Positions 12,147 to 25,639 of a DNA stretch of 64,000 nucleotides are shown here, one piece after another (within the stretch, counting starts at the first letter, position 1; each line of letters starts with the position of its first letter). The position numbers were made by a program, and so were the translations under genes. The notes below the pieces were generated by a model. The model was not told the origin of the DNA. It saw only the letters and a program-made list of their open reading frames with translations, and did no database searches. Source of the stretch: Salpingoeca rosetta (taxonomy: Eukaryota; Protista; Choanoflagellata); NCBI GenBank assembly GCA_033442325.1, contig JAWQFM010000008.1, positions 62,001 to 126,000 of the forward strand, in the 5' to 3' direction.

Positions 12147-15100
12147 TGGGGTGCCAGTTCCTGTGCGGTTTGCAGTGACGAGCGATGATCAGACCACGAT
12201 TGTCACCTTGATCGTGCAAGCCGTCCACCATTGCCTTGAGGTGAGAGTTGTGAGTGCTACACCAATGACGGACGTGTCAAACAAAAACAAAAACCGTGGG
12301 CCGTTGGTGTGTGGTCTCAAGCTGCTTTTATGCCGGTCTGTATTTCAAGAGTTTATTCTCACCCAATGGATATCACAACGTTGTTGTTGGTGGTTGGTAT
12401 TCTCTGCTTTCCTTCGTTATTTCTCTCTCTCTTCTTTGCTATCTCTCCGCCGCGTGCAGGCGTGCGCACTACCAGAGCAGGAAGCGATTCGCACTTTCAT
12501 TGCAACCCCGTCTCTTCTCACCCTTCTCTCCACTGCGCTCTCGTGCTTCTCATACGAGCACGCCCCAGCGGTCGCCATGCACACGGCCCTGTCCATTGTC
12601 GCTCAACTCGCGCGGTGAGGACGATCCCCGTACGCAACACACACACACACACACGCACGCACACACGCACACACGCACGCACATGCATTGGTCCCTTGCC
12701 CATCCCGCACTCACATGCACTCACATGCACACTTGCACACTTGCATGCTGCCACACACGCACGCTCACTGACTGCAACACCCCTTCTCCGCAGGCGCCTT
12801 GTTGTTGATGCGGCTCTGCTGGAGACATTGGACGAAGCTGGAATCATTGGGGCAGTGATTAAGGTGAGATGAGATCAAGTCCCGTGTGCATATGTTCCAT
12901 GAAAGCGAACGGTCACAAGTCATAAATACGCACATGCAATGTCACTGCCGCCACAACATGCCACAATATGCACATGCCCGGTGTCACATGCTCATCATGC
13001 TCTCCTCCCTACCCACATGGTTCACTCCTTGCGGGCCTTCAGCTGGCGTCCGTGCCAACTGCGCGGCCGCAAGTGGTGAACATCCTGCTGCTGACGGCAG
13101 GTGACGCGGTGTCAAACACGACACTCGTTCAGCGCGGCGCTGTCTCGGCACTGCTGGCTGTTGCCGACGTGTGTGCTGCTGCTGTGCCAGAGGCGCACAC
13201 ACGCACAGCACATCGCCGCTGTGATGGCGGTGGTGGTGGTGGTGATGATGACAGTGGCCTTGGTGCTACCGATGATGGAAACAAGGGCAGAGACGCCAGC
13301 GAAGAGCAGCAGCAGCCTGTGTTGTCGATGCTTTCAGAACTGTCATCGTTGCTGACATCAATACACCGGCGCCAGCAGCAGCAGCGCGAGCAAAACCATG
13401 AAGGCGGGGACGATGAACCTGCTGGTGCAACAGCCGTGTCGGAGGAGGCGGTGAAGGAAGTGTTGACCAAAGCGGAGGCAATTGGGCCCGTTGGTACGCT
13501 GACGGCAGTGCTACATGCGCTCGCCCGCATATCGCCCTGCGACGCCTTTTCGCGTGCGCTGTTTGGTGCACACGGACTCGACACGCTGGATCGCATCTAC
13601 ACCAGGTGCTGGTACTTCCAAAGCGAAGCACATGCACGCCAACTTCTTGTGGATGTTGTCGTTGTTGGTGTTCTGGGTGCATTTGGGCATGGTTCTGGGA
13701 TGAGTTCCACTTCTGTCCCCCTCCACCGCTCAATTCGATACACACGCACGCAATCTCACACACGCACGCACCCCCGTTTGTCGTCAACATCATTCGCACA
13801 TCAGGTTCTCTGCTGTGCCAGAAATTGAGACGTCCGTGGCTGAAGTCACGGTTCGTTCCATGCCCTTACATTTACACCACATCTCCCTCAGATTCCCTTG
13901 CTCTGCTCGCCCTAACCTTCTTCCCCCTCCACCCCCTCACGCACATGCACACGCTGGTACACACGCTTATCCACACCCACACGCTTATCCAGACCCGTGC
14001 GCTTGCTGCCCTGGACACACGTGCGATTGTCGCCCTCCCCTTTACTGCTGCGGTGTCATCGGTGCTGGCTGTTCTTCGCCACCTCTCTCTCCGAAGTGCC
14101 GCACTGCTCAGCACTGCTGTCGATGTCTCTGCTCGTCTCATCGTCGCGCATCCGGCCCGCGCTGCCTCGTCCCTCACTGCTGCATCACTCGACACGCTGG
14201 CCTCCATCACCACTGCCCTGCAGCCGTCATCCCCAATGGCATACAAGGTGCGATTGTCTGCACGCGCGGTTATCACGATACACAGCTATCTTGCCTTGCT
14301 TCACGGCCCCTTGGTCGTGTACGGGAGCTGCATGCCACCCAGCATCTCACTTGATCACATTACTGCTCGTACTACTGCTACTGAGACTGCTACTGCTACT
14401 GCTACTGCTGCTACTACTGCTGCTGCTGCTGTCATGTTGGGTTGATCCCGTGCAGATTTGTCACCTTGTGATGCGATATGCGGCCAGCGGAAGTGCATCT
14501 GCCGCACTTCTCCTCAGCGCAGACACATTCGCCATGCTCATGCACTTGTGCTCGAGTCACAATCTTGAGGTGCGCCAGTGGCTCTCAGGCATCTTCCTCT
14601 TCGTCGTGCGCGCATGTGCAGACAACCACGCCTCCTTGACCAGGTGTGTGAGTTCGTCGGCGCGCATGTGATGTGTCACGTGTCCTGTGTGTGTGCACGT
14701 GTGGGTGTGGGTGTGTGGGTGTGTGGGTATGCATATACGTAGGTGTATGCGCGTTGCGTGTTGACACCACTTGACAGGCAGTGCGCAAGGTTCGAGACGG
14801 TTGCCTTCTCCTTGTTCATCGCTGCCACAACGACACTTGCCTTGCATCATCCTCAGGTCCCAATCCACGCTCATGATGGACCGCATCAAGCAACTCTGCA
14901 CGTCGCAGCTCGCAGAACCACAGGAAAAGTGCGACAATACGTGCACATGTGTGAGGATGAGAGGGCGCATGTGCAGGTGAGTGGGCAAGTGAAGTACATG
15001 TCTGTGGCCTACCTAAATGCTGATGCACACTCGAACACACACACACACATGCACAGGGTGCAAGCTGGGCTGGATGCCATCTCCACGGCGCTGTACATCT

Positions 15101-18100
15101 GTCCTGTCCTGCTGGATGAGGTGTGGTGTCGTGTGCATTCATGATTGCGCGGAGTGATGTGATCCGCACACATGCTTTTGAAAGTTGAACCGCTAAGGTG
15201 TGCGCGTATGCACAACGCGTAACATCACCATCACTGACCTCACCCGACTGCCCCGAACAATTTCATCCATGCGCGTTCTGTCAGGCCCAAGTCAGCAAGT
15301 CGCTTCTCCCATTTGTCCAGGGACAGGACATGCTCTCGTCCGTCCACGGCCATATCCTCACAGCAACTGCAGCAAACGCAGATGCTGTGCCCATCGTGCA
15401 TGTGTCGTCTCGCCTTGCGCTCATGTCATTCACTCACCGTCAGTGGCTCTATCAGGTCAGAGCGGGATGACATGCCACAACGCTCCTTTCTCGTCTTTGC
15501 TGACTCTGCTGTATGTGTGTGAACGTGAGCGTGGCGTGCCAGTGACGCGAACGCAAGTACACGACCATGAGCTCGCTTGCACAGTGCGTTGATGTAATCT
15601 CTCTGACCTGATACGCCTTGTTCCGTGAATGTGTTTTACTTTGCAGCACTCACCCGTCCTTAACGCGCTCGCAAACAAAACCACTTCCGCACCGCTGCTG
15701 GAGGCCCTGGACCAGGTGGGAGCCGTGTGTGTGTGTGTGTGTGTCTGTGTGTGTCTGTGTGTGTCTGTGTGTGTGTGTGTGTGTCTGTGTGTGTCTGTGT
15801 GTGTCTGTGTGTGTCTGTATGTGTGTGGGGGGGTGGGTGTGTGTCTGTCTGTCTGTATCTGTCTGTGTCCCTCTGTCCCTGCCTGTCTCCCTGCCTGCTC
15901 GTCTAAACGTAGGCTTTTGCGTGTCAACGGTGTTATTTCATCATCATTGTATGACTACCTGTCGACCTTTCAACGCCATGCTGCAGTCGCTCACACTCGC
16001 GCTCCTTGCCCAATCTCCGTCCCCGTCTCTCCGCCAACCTGCAGCTGTGTGTTGATGTGTGGGCGCCGCAGTGGAGGTTCCACACCGACCAGGCAAACGA
16101 CAACGACGAAGGCGACGGAGACGAAGGAGGAGAGAAGACAAGCGCTGGCGCTTCAACTGATGAGATGGTGTCATCCCTCGTTGCATCTGCAACCACGTCC
16201 ACATCAGCATCTGCCCGCATCACGGCCGCTGCCATTGCGCCGCATCTCATCAGTGGTGGTGACTTGCACCGCTGCTGCGCATCGATGATGGTGTCGCTGC
16301 TGGCGGCGGTGGCGGCGACGGGGCCCGGCGAGAACGCACAGCGGATCATGCTCGCGTTTGCACACGCGTCGCCTGCACAGCAGGAGGAATTTGCACGCGC
16401 GCTCGTGGACAGCAGTGCACTGAATGTCGTCGCAATGACAATGGAAACCGACAACACGGCCTTCAACCAGGGTTGGTGTATTTTGTGTGTGCGTGTGTGT
16501 GTGCGTGTGTGTGTGCGTGTGTGGGGGGGGGGGTCACTCGCGCAATTCGCCGTGTGTGACAATGCAGGTCACAGAATGGGGTGTGTCCTGACAGCACTGC
16601 TTCATGTGTGTGTGTGTGTGTGTGTGTCTGTAGGCGCGGTGCTGGTGTGCCGAGCGTTGGCCACCTCTCCTTCAACGGCAGCACGCGTTCTTCAGCAGGT
16701 GCCGTTACGCCTCCTCCTCGAGATTCTCGCAAATGCAAAAGGTGGCGCCTGTGTTCTTGCGCACGCGTGTCACCGTGGGACGAAGAGCACGACTCATGTT
16801 GTTGGCCATGCGTGCGTATGTGTGTGTGTGTATGTATGTATGTATGTATGTATGTGTGTGTGTGTCTACCGTCCGCCGTGCTCTTCTCCAACACAAGTCC
16901 TCACCGCCCTTGATGCCTGCCGATTTTTCCATTGCCAGATGAAGGCTTGAAGTCGACGCTCGCTGCGCTGCTACCCACGGTGTTTGAGGACGAGACAGCA
17001 AGCATCCGCGTGAGTGTGTATATGTGTGTGTGTGTGTGCGTGCGTGTGTGGCTTTGTGTATGCGAGTCTGTTAGTCTCTGTGCGTATGTGCGTGCAGGTG
17101 AGATTTCACTAAACGTGACATGCACCATGCAGTGCACATGTATCTGCCGTTGCCGTTGCGTGATTATTTCACACCACCATGCTGATCTTCTCCCACCTAC
17201 GTTCCATCCACCCCTGTCGCCTGTTGTGTGATCCAGGTTGTGGTGAATGGAACGGTGACGCATGTGATGGCGATGGCCGAGACATCATCGTCGCCCATGG
17301 AATTGCACACGTGCATGGCCATTCTCAAGGCCATCACCGCACACACCCGCGCCATCAAGCCGTGAGTCAACACCACAGACCCTCAACACGCAGACGCACA
17401 TGCACATGCACGTGCATGTACGGAGCCAACACTCACATCACACATGTGCGTGCGTACTGTGTACTGTGCCTGTGTACTACAGGCTGGTCCGCCTTGGTGC
17501 AGTGCGCATCCTGTCTGCTCTGCACACGACCGTCGCTGCCCCCGTCTTCCACGAACTCCTCAGCTCGCAACAGGTGTTTGTGATTATGACTGCCGTGGTG
17601 GTGACGTTGACACGTGATCTTCACCCTCACAGAGCTGTTTCGTTGCCAATTGGATTGCGGTTGCCTTCGTCGTGGTATTGGTTGCTGCCGCGCACACACC
17701 ACCAGCACGAACAACAACACGGCAAAACCTTGCAGCATTTCGCGCTTTTCGCTCTTCTCACTCTTTTCACTCGTTTCCCCTCACACGACGCATGGCCAGG
17801 GTGTGAGCGAGAGTGACCTGCAGCACTTCATGCACTTGGCGAAGGAGACAGAGGAAACGGCAGTCGCTGTGCTGCGTGAGTTTGCACGACGCCGTAGACA
17901 TGTCGCATGATGTTCAGTGCCATGATTCCTTCCGTCACGGCACTTATGCCATTGTCATCGTCCCTTACATGTGTACATGCGTGTATTTTCGTGTGTGTGT
18001 GCATGTGTGTATTTGCGTGTGCATATGTATATGTGTTTGTGCATATGTATTTGCATTTGTGTGTGTGTGTTTGTATTTGTGTATTTGTGTATGTGTTTGG

Positions 18101-18591
18101 GCATGTGTGTGCATATGGGTGCGAATGTCACGACAGGTCACCACGGTCTCGTTTCGGAGGCGCTGGCGGAGGACGGGATGCTCGACCAGCTCTCCTCCAT
18201 TCTCCTGGTGTGTATGTGTATGTGTGTGTGTGTGTTTGGATGCAAGTGTGCATGTATCTCAGCATGTCTGCCCATGTTGCTGATCTGGCGCGTGATCAGT
18301 GCTTGCTGCATCGCACGTGCACCTGCCTCACAGCAAGCCCCTCCTTGTCCTCTCCCCCATCAACTTGCGACCACCCCCAATTCCCGCCGCGCAGGATGAG
18401 CAGCACAGCGATGCAGTGTTGGCCGAGACGCTCCGCTGTGTCGCGTGCGCCTGCCTCTCTCCTCTCAAGGCTTCAGGTGTCATGGAAGGTGCGGTGTGGA
18501 GCATGCACACGAGGCATGTGCAAGAACGCGTGTGCGGGGGGGGAAGAAGGGGGGTGTGTGGGTGTGGGTGTGTGGGTGTGTGGGTGTGGGT

Positions 18592-18626
<35 letters not shown>

Positions 18627-19194
18627 TGTGTCTGTGTCTGTGTCTGTGTCTGTGTGTGTGTCTGTGTCTGTGTGTACGTTTAAATTTGTTTTGTTGCACG
18701 TTTGAACGTGTGCACGCTGACATGTGCAAATCTTTGCGCGCGCGTGTGCATGTGTCCATTGACACTTACCGTTGTGCATATGTGTGTGTGTTCGTGTGGC
18801 TGCGGCAGGAACCGGTTTGGAGGCGCTGGTCAAGTGGCTGAAACATCCGGCGTTGGACATAGAAAACCGAACGAAAGCATGGAGCGATCAAATGCGTTTG
18901 GTTGCGCGACACGCCATTGTGAACCTTGCCTGGAACTGCACGCGTGCGCGTGGATGGACACAGGACGACGTGTTGAGGGCCCTCTTCTCCAGCGATGCCG
19001 CCGATGCCTTCATCGCTAGTCTCGGTACGCTGCCTTGCATGCGACGTGGCGTGTCTCGGTGTGGTGCTGTCGTGCTATTGTGAATCTCTTTCAGGCTAAT
19101 CACACACATATGCATGTGTGCAAGTGTTAGCTGCACCACTTCGCTTGCATGATTGACCACTGCTCACTCTGTGCATGCGCTTGTGTATGTCTAC

Positions 19195-19226
<32 letters not shown>

Positions 19227-20063
19227 TCGTGCTCTGTGCTGTAGATCCTTCGGTTGTGCGCGTGGAGGAACAGCAAGAAGCGGTGGACACGGCAGCAGCG
19301 TGGGAGAAGGACGGAAGCAGCGACGACAATGACAATGATGACGATGCTGCCAGTGACGATCAGAGTGATGATGATAACAATGACGTGGCTTGTCTTGAGC
19401 GCGACAACGACGCACTCCGCCTTGTCCCTGAATCGGAAGTGCTGCGGCAGGCGCTGTGGGCGTGTGCATCGTGGCTGATGATGTCGGTGCCTGGAGCGAA
19501 GGCGGGTTTCATTCGGCGCGGTGGCCTGCTCGCCCTTATCAGGGTGGGTGATGCTGATNNNNNNNNNNNNNNNNNNNNNNNNNNNNNNNNNNNNNNNNNN
19601 NNNNNNNNNNNNNNNNNNNNNNNNNNNNNNNNNNNNNNNNNNNNNNNNNNNNNNNNNNGTGTGTGTGTGTGTGTTTTGTGTATGTGTATGTTTGTGTGTC
19701 TGTGTGTCTGTGTGTGTATGTCTGTGTGTCTGTGTGTCTGTGTGTTTTTGAGTGCTTGTGCTTCCATTCCGCAATATCATACACCACCGTACTCACACGC
19801 ACGCACGTACGCACGTACGCACGCACTCACTCGCACAGTTGACAGAGGTTACGCTGCCTGCGGAACTGGAACGCTACACGCGCGCGTGCCTGAGCCACGT
19901 GCTTGGTGTGATGGGTGAGGACCTGAGCATGCGCGTATCGGTGCTGCAGGCGCACCTGCGTCACCACGCCGACCCGGCACAAGTGTTTGAGAACATGGCT
20001 GATCACATTGACGCTGTGGAGAGGGGCGAGGCAGATGCTGACGCACACAAGGAACAGGCATGA
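9516..20063 (+). CDS. Large multi-exon protein with N-terminal coiled coil followed by ARM/HEAT-like helical repeats; function unknown
   Basis: ATG at 9516 ([17 protein letters not shown], then a GT donor). Coiled-coil exons [30 protein letters not shown] and [31 protein letters not shown]. Many Leu/Ala/Val-rich helical exons, e.g. [32 protein letters not shown] and [12 protein letters not shown]. Last exon ends HKEQA* at 20063. Crosses a 100-N gap; could be two genes. Confidence 0.6.
9820..9985. repeat. Intronic ~18-bp minisatellite (gtgcgcctctctctccat), about 8 copies, after a (GT/GTCTGT)n tract
   Basis: Tandem copies are directly visible. They generate the spurious MEREAH/CAPLSP repeat ORFs. 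Confidence 0.9.
11490..11572. repeat. (GGT)n trinucleotide microsatellite, probably intronic
   Basis: About 25 ggt units following the cag|gtgttg donor near 11470. Confidence 0.85.
19559..19658. other. Assembly gap (100 N)
   Basis: Run of N. Confidence 1.
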
Positions 20064-20284
20064 TGGTGATTGGCGAGAGGAATTGACGTAACGAGGGCTT
20101 GTCACTCGCGTCGACGTTGGAGCACAACCTGCTTCTTTGCTGTCTGATGCTGAGACGGAGTGGTGTTATGCACACTGTACTGTTGTCGATCGAATAGAAC
20201 TAGCCATATACCGCAGCGCTCACTTGAGCAAGATGCAAGCCACGCGTCCAGCACGTGTTGAGAGAGGGGGGAGGGAGCAAGCAT

Positions 20285-20835
20285 CAACACACACACACAC
20301 ACTCACTCACTGACGCTCACGCACTTACAACATTGCGCACTCACTCACTCACTCACTCACTCACTCACTCACTCACTCACTTACACTCACTCACTCACTC
20401 ACTCACTCACTCACTCACACACACACACACTCACTCACTCACTCACTCACACACTCACTGACGCTCACGCACTTACAACATTGCGCACTCACTCACTCAC
20501 TCACTCACACACACACACACACTCACTCACTCACTCACTCACTCACTCACTCACACACACACACACACTCACTCACTCACTCACTCACACACTCACTGAC
20601 GCTCACGCACTTACAACATTGCGCACTCACTCACTCACTCACTCACACACTCACTCACTCACTCACTCACTCACTCACTCACTCACTCACTCACACACAC
20701 ACACACACACTCACTCACTCACTCACTCACACACTCACTGACGCTCACGCACTTACAACATTGCGCACTCACTCACTCACTCACTCACACACTCACTCAC
20801 TCACTCACTCACTCACTCACTCACTCACTCACTCA

Positions 20836-20889
<54 letters not shown>

Positions 20890-20893
20890 CACA
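20285..20893. repeat. Compound tandem repeat: four copies of a ~32-bp core (actgacgctcacgcacttacaacattgcgcac) separated by variable (ACTC)n/(AC)n tracts, period ~140-148 bp
   Basis: Cores at about 20309, 20457, 20596 and 20737, lying between two convergent gene ends (20063 on +, 20895 on -). Confidence 0.9.
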
Positions 20894-20894
20894 G

Positions 20895-22044
20895 CTATTG
20901 AGATGCCCGCGTGAGCCAAGGTGGCGGATCCACCACTTGTGCTCGGCCCGTTTCCTTTGACTTCACCAGGAGCCCTCCATCCAGCCAGTGTGCCAGCAGC
21001 TGTTGTTGGTGGCGACGCTGCTGATATCCATCGCGCTGGCGTCCGCGGGACGAGGATGGCGCTGTTGCTGCAGGCGTGACAATATGCGAGCGGGGATCGT
21101 CACGAAGAAACCGCTGCGCTTCCGATGTGCGACCGCAGATGATGCCGCAACCAAAGTCCCGCTGGGCAGCAGCGATGCGGCGCATGAGGTGGGCGATGAG
21201 CTGCTGCGTGCCCTGCGTGCCATGCATGCTGCGGCATTGCCAGTAGAACGCATCCAGTTCCTCAATCACAACGATGCCGACGTCAGGATACATGTCCAGC
21301 ACAGCCCAAAGGCCCTCAATTGCCCCGATGAGCTGGTGGATGTCGGCGCAGTCGACGACGTGGATCCGCTCGAGCGCCGCGCTCACCATCTCCTCACGCT
21401 GCTGATGGTCGACAGGCTGGTCCCCGCCGTCGCCACCCCGAGTGGCGGTGCTCCACTGTAGCAGCTCTGGACTTTCACGATGTAGCACTTCGGCAATGGT
21501 CGCTGCGTCGAGGTGGCCCCGCGTTTGGATGATGAGGGCTCCTGGTGGCGGCGGTCTCTGGCGATGCTGCTGTCGCTGCCGTGTTGATGACGATTCCGGT
21601 GACGGCGGGCTTCCTTGCGAATCGCCAAGGTTGGCAGCAAGAAGCACGGCGAGCAAGCTTGTGCGGGAATATGTGTTCTGTACAATGACATCAATCCACG
21701 AACACACGGCGACGCTCCTCCTGTGCTGCTGCCCTGTCGCCAACAGGAAAGGCAGCCGCAGTGCAGGCACCCGCCGACCGCGCGCAAACAACTGCAACAT
21801 ATTGGTGCGAGCGCACGTAGCGAAGGCAGCGTGAGACAAACACGACAGTGCGGCACACAAGGAAAGGTGATGGGCCCGCGTGCATGCGTACACAGACCGA
21901 CTGTTGCGTTTCACTGCTCTCCCTCACCTGTGCTGCCGTCTCTGTCTCGCCCAGTGATCGTAGCACCGCCAATCCGTCCACTGCCACCACCACTGCCGCG
22001 CCACTTCCACTCCTGCCGCCATCTTCTTGTGGGCTTCCTTCCAT
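20895..22044 (-). CDS. XRCC2: XRCC2-like RAD51 paralog, two exons (22044-21928, 21791-20895)
   Basis: The spliced junction gives ETETAAQ|LFAR, comparable to XRCC2 ESGTELLAR. ALIIQTRGHLD and ALERIHVVDC follow, then the Walker B region VGIVVIEELDAFYW, comparable to XRCC2 LLILDSLSAFYW. Walker A is degenerate (QNTYSRT). Family match is from recall of the XRCC2 sequence. Confidence 0.7.
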
Positions 22045-22108
22045 TGTGCATGTTTTCGTGTGTCGTGTCGTCGAAGAAGTGTGTGTGTGTGTGTGTCTGT
22101 GTGTCTGT

Positions 22109-22142
<34 letters not shown>

Positions 22143-22146
22143 CTGT

Positions 22147-22217
<71 letters not shown>

Positions 22218-22238
22218 TGTGTGTGTCTGTGTCAGTGT

Positions 22239-22275
<37 letters not shown>

Positions 22276-22548
22276 TGTGTGTGTGTCTGTGTGTGTATGT
22301 GTGTGTGTGTGTATCTGTATCTGTGTCTGTGTCTGTGTCTCTATCAGTGTCTGTCTGTCTGTATGTCTGTCTACCTCCCTCTTTCTTCCTGTCTACCTCC
22401 CTCTTTCCCCCTCTGTCTTCCTCTGTCTGCCTGCCTCTATACTGTCGCAGCGCATGCACAAGAAACGCCCTCTGATACACTATTTGCGACCCCAAAACGC
22501 AAGCAAGTCCCCAACAAGCACAACAGCCGTCACACTGCCGTTCCTCAA

Positions 22549-22648
22549 NNNNNNNNNNNNNNNNNNNNNNNNNNNNNNNNNNNNNNNNNNNNNNNNNNNN
22601 NNNNNNNNNNNNNNNNNNNNNNNNNNNNNNNNNNNNNNNNNNNNNNNN
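22549..22648. other. Assembly gap (100 N)
   Basis: Run of N. Confidence 1.
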
Positions 22649-23126
22649 TTTTTCTGAACAAAGAAATCAAATCCCCGAACACGCGGGCGACGCTCATCCT
22701 GTGGTGCTCCCCTGTCACCAAACAGAAAAAGGCAGCCGCAGGCCAGGCCACCCCCCGGCCCGCGCGCAAACAACTCAAAATATTGGCGCGAGCAACCTAG
22801 CAGAAGAAAGCGAGAACCAAACACGACAGTGCCCCAAACAAAGAAAGGTGATGGGCCCGCGAGAATGCATACACAGACCGACTGTTGCGTTTCCCTGCTC
22901 TCCCTCACCTGCACTGCTGTCTCTGTCTCCACCCAGTGATAGTAGCACCGCCAATCCGTCCACTGCCCCCACCTCGGCCGCACCACTTCCTCTCCTGCTG
23001 CCATCTTGGGTGGACTTCCTTCCATTGTGCATGTTTTCGTGGTCGTGTCGTCGAAAAAGTGTGTGTGTGTGTGTGTCTGTGTGTCTGTGTGTATGTGTGT
23101 GTGTGTGTGTGTATGTGTGTGTCTGT

Positions 23127-23197
<71 letters not shown>

Positions 23198-23250
23198 TGT
23201 GTGTGTCTGTGTCTGTGTGTGTCTGTGTCTGTGTGTGTCTGTGTCTGTGT

Positions 23251-23295
<45 letters not shown>

Positions 23296-23354
23296 TGTGT
23301 GTGTGTCTGTGTCTGTGTATCAATATCATACACCACCGTACTCACACGCACGCA
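22649..23354 (-). other. Degraded duplicate of the XRCC2-like 5' region (copy of ~21690-22080) plus 34 bp matching 19772-19805; low-quality or misassembled contig, or a segmental duplication
   Basis: Near-identical text (e.g. cacagaccgactgttgcgttt, atgggcccgc) with many A-biased substitutions and frameshifts. Flanked by gaps on both sides. Confidence 0.75.
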
Positions 23355-24171
23355 NNNNNNNNNNNNNNNNNNNNNNNNNNNNNNNNNNNNNNNNNNNNNN
23401 NNNNNNNNNNNNNNNNNNNNNNNNNNNNNNNNNNNNNNNNNNNNNNNNNNNNNNNNNNNNNNNNNNNNNNNNNNNNNNNNNNNNNNNNNNNNNNNNNNNN
23501 NNNNNNNNNNNNNNNNNNNNNNNNNNNNNNNNNNNNNNNNNNNNNNNNNNNNNNNNNNNNNNNNNNNNNNNNNNNNNNNNNNNNNNNNNNNNNNNNNNNN
23601 NNNNNNNNNNNNNNNNNNNNNNNNNNNNNNNNNNNNNNNNNNNNNNNNNNNNNNNNNNNNNNNNNNNNNNNNNNNNNNNNNNNNNNNNNNNNNNNNNNNN
23701 NNNNNNNNNNNNNNNNNNNNNNNNNNNNNNNNNNNNNNNNNNNNNNNNNNNNNNNNNNNNNNNNNNNNNNNNNNNNNNNNNNNNNNNNNNNNNNNNNNNN
23801 NNNNNNNNNNNNNNNNNNNNNNNNNNNNNNNNNNNNNNNNNNNNNNNNNNNNNNNNNNNNNNNNNNNNNNNNNNNNNNNNNNNNNNNNNNNNNNNNNNNN
23901 NNNNNNNNNNNNNNNNNNNNNNNNNNNNNNNNNNNNNNNNNNNNNNNNNNNNNNNNNNNNNNNNNNNNNNNNNNNNNNNNNNNNNNNNNNNNNNNNNNNN
24001 NNNNNNNNNNNNNNNNNNNNNNNNNNNNNNNNNNNNNNNNNNNNNNNNNNNNNNNNNNNNNNNNNNNNNNNNNNNNNNNNNNNNNNNNNNNNNNNNNNNN
24101 NNNNNNNNNNNNNNNNNNNNNNNNNNNNNNNNNNNNNNNNNNNNNNNNNNNNNNNNNNNNNNNNNNNNNNN
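23355..24171. other. Assembly gap
   Basis: Run of N. Confidence 1.
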
Positions 24172-24489
24172 CCAAAGGGATTTCCACGGGGACAACACTC
24201 TTAAAGCGTGCCCCGCGCGTCCTTGGGCGATCAGCACCTTTGTACTTGCGGAAGCAACGATGCACGGCTGATGGCAACGGTGTTCGCGTCGTGCGATGGT
24301 GATGAGGCAGCAAGCAATAAGCGCATGCAGCCAACAGCCATGTACACAAGCGTGAACACGTCGGAAAAGGCTTGGAAGCGGTGCACGCCAATGAACACCA
24401 ATTGCGTGCACCGGTCAACACCAACACCACCACCACCACCACCAGCAGCAGTGCCCGAGATTAGACGACAACAGCAGCAGGCAATGAAA

Positions 24490-25087
24490 GGATGCTGACC
24501 TGAGAAGTAGTTCGTGTTCTTTCCGCTCGTGTGTGTATCGTGTACGCATGTTCAGCTGCAACAAACAAACAGACAACGCCGCGCGTGTTATTGCCAAAGG
24601 AGAAAGTGAGCGGTGGTCTGGAAGAGGGAAGGAGCGTGGTTTCTTCGTGTATTGCTCATCACATGCACGAGAACCAGAGTCGCACAACCCACACACACAC
24701 AAACACAGCATGTACGCACACACAAACACACACGAACACGCACACACATACACCCACACACACACACACACACACACGCACACACACACACGCACACACA
24801 CACGCACACACGCACACACGCAAGAGCAGCAACTGACAATGGCGTGGAGGAGCTGCGCCTGGAGGGTCTTGACGACAGACGCGTGGTCGGCGTGCCAGAG
24901 ATAGTGGCAGCGCGACGGTGCACGGTCAGCAGACTTGGGAATCTCCTAAACACACACGCACACACACGCACATGCGTTGATTGACACGCGAGGATGTGCG
25001 TTGACACACAGGCCACAATACAGGGCATGAAACGTGGGTGTGTTCGTATGTGTGCATGTGTATGAGTACTTGTGTTCATCGTGTGTG

Positions 25088-25140
<53 letters not shown>

Positions 25141-25167
25141 GCGTGTGTGTGTGCGTGTGCGTGTGTG

Positions 25168-25199
<32 letters not shown>

Positions 25200-25200
25200 C

Positions 25201-25285
<85 letters not shown>

Positions 25286-25592
25286 AACAATTGTTCGTCA
25301 TGTGTGTGTGTGTGAGTACATGTGTTCATCATGTGAAAATCAGGTGCGTGTGACCTGGCAGGAGATGAGCCCTGCTTGGAAGAGTTCGTTGAGAAGAACG
25401 CGCGTGGCGGCATAACGCTCCACCATCGCCATGCGCACAATCTGGTCCTGGTCAAGATAGTGCTGCAGCCATCCATCATTGTGCCGCGTGAGGAAGAGAA
25501 CATGGCTGCAAAGAGAGTGTATCCGCGTGGGCATGAACGGCACCCGCACACGCGCATGTGCCGAGACATGGCACGTATGCATGGACGTGTTG

Positions 25593-25639
<47 letters not shown>

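Noticed and set aside
20300-20780. CRISPR-like array (32-bp constant repeats with variable spacers)
   Set aside because: The spacers are ~110-bp simple microsatellites, the context is eukaryotic and there are no cas genes.
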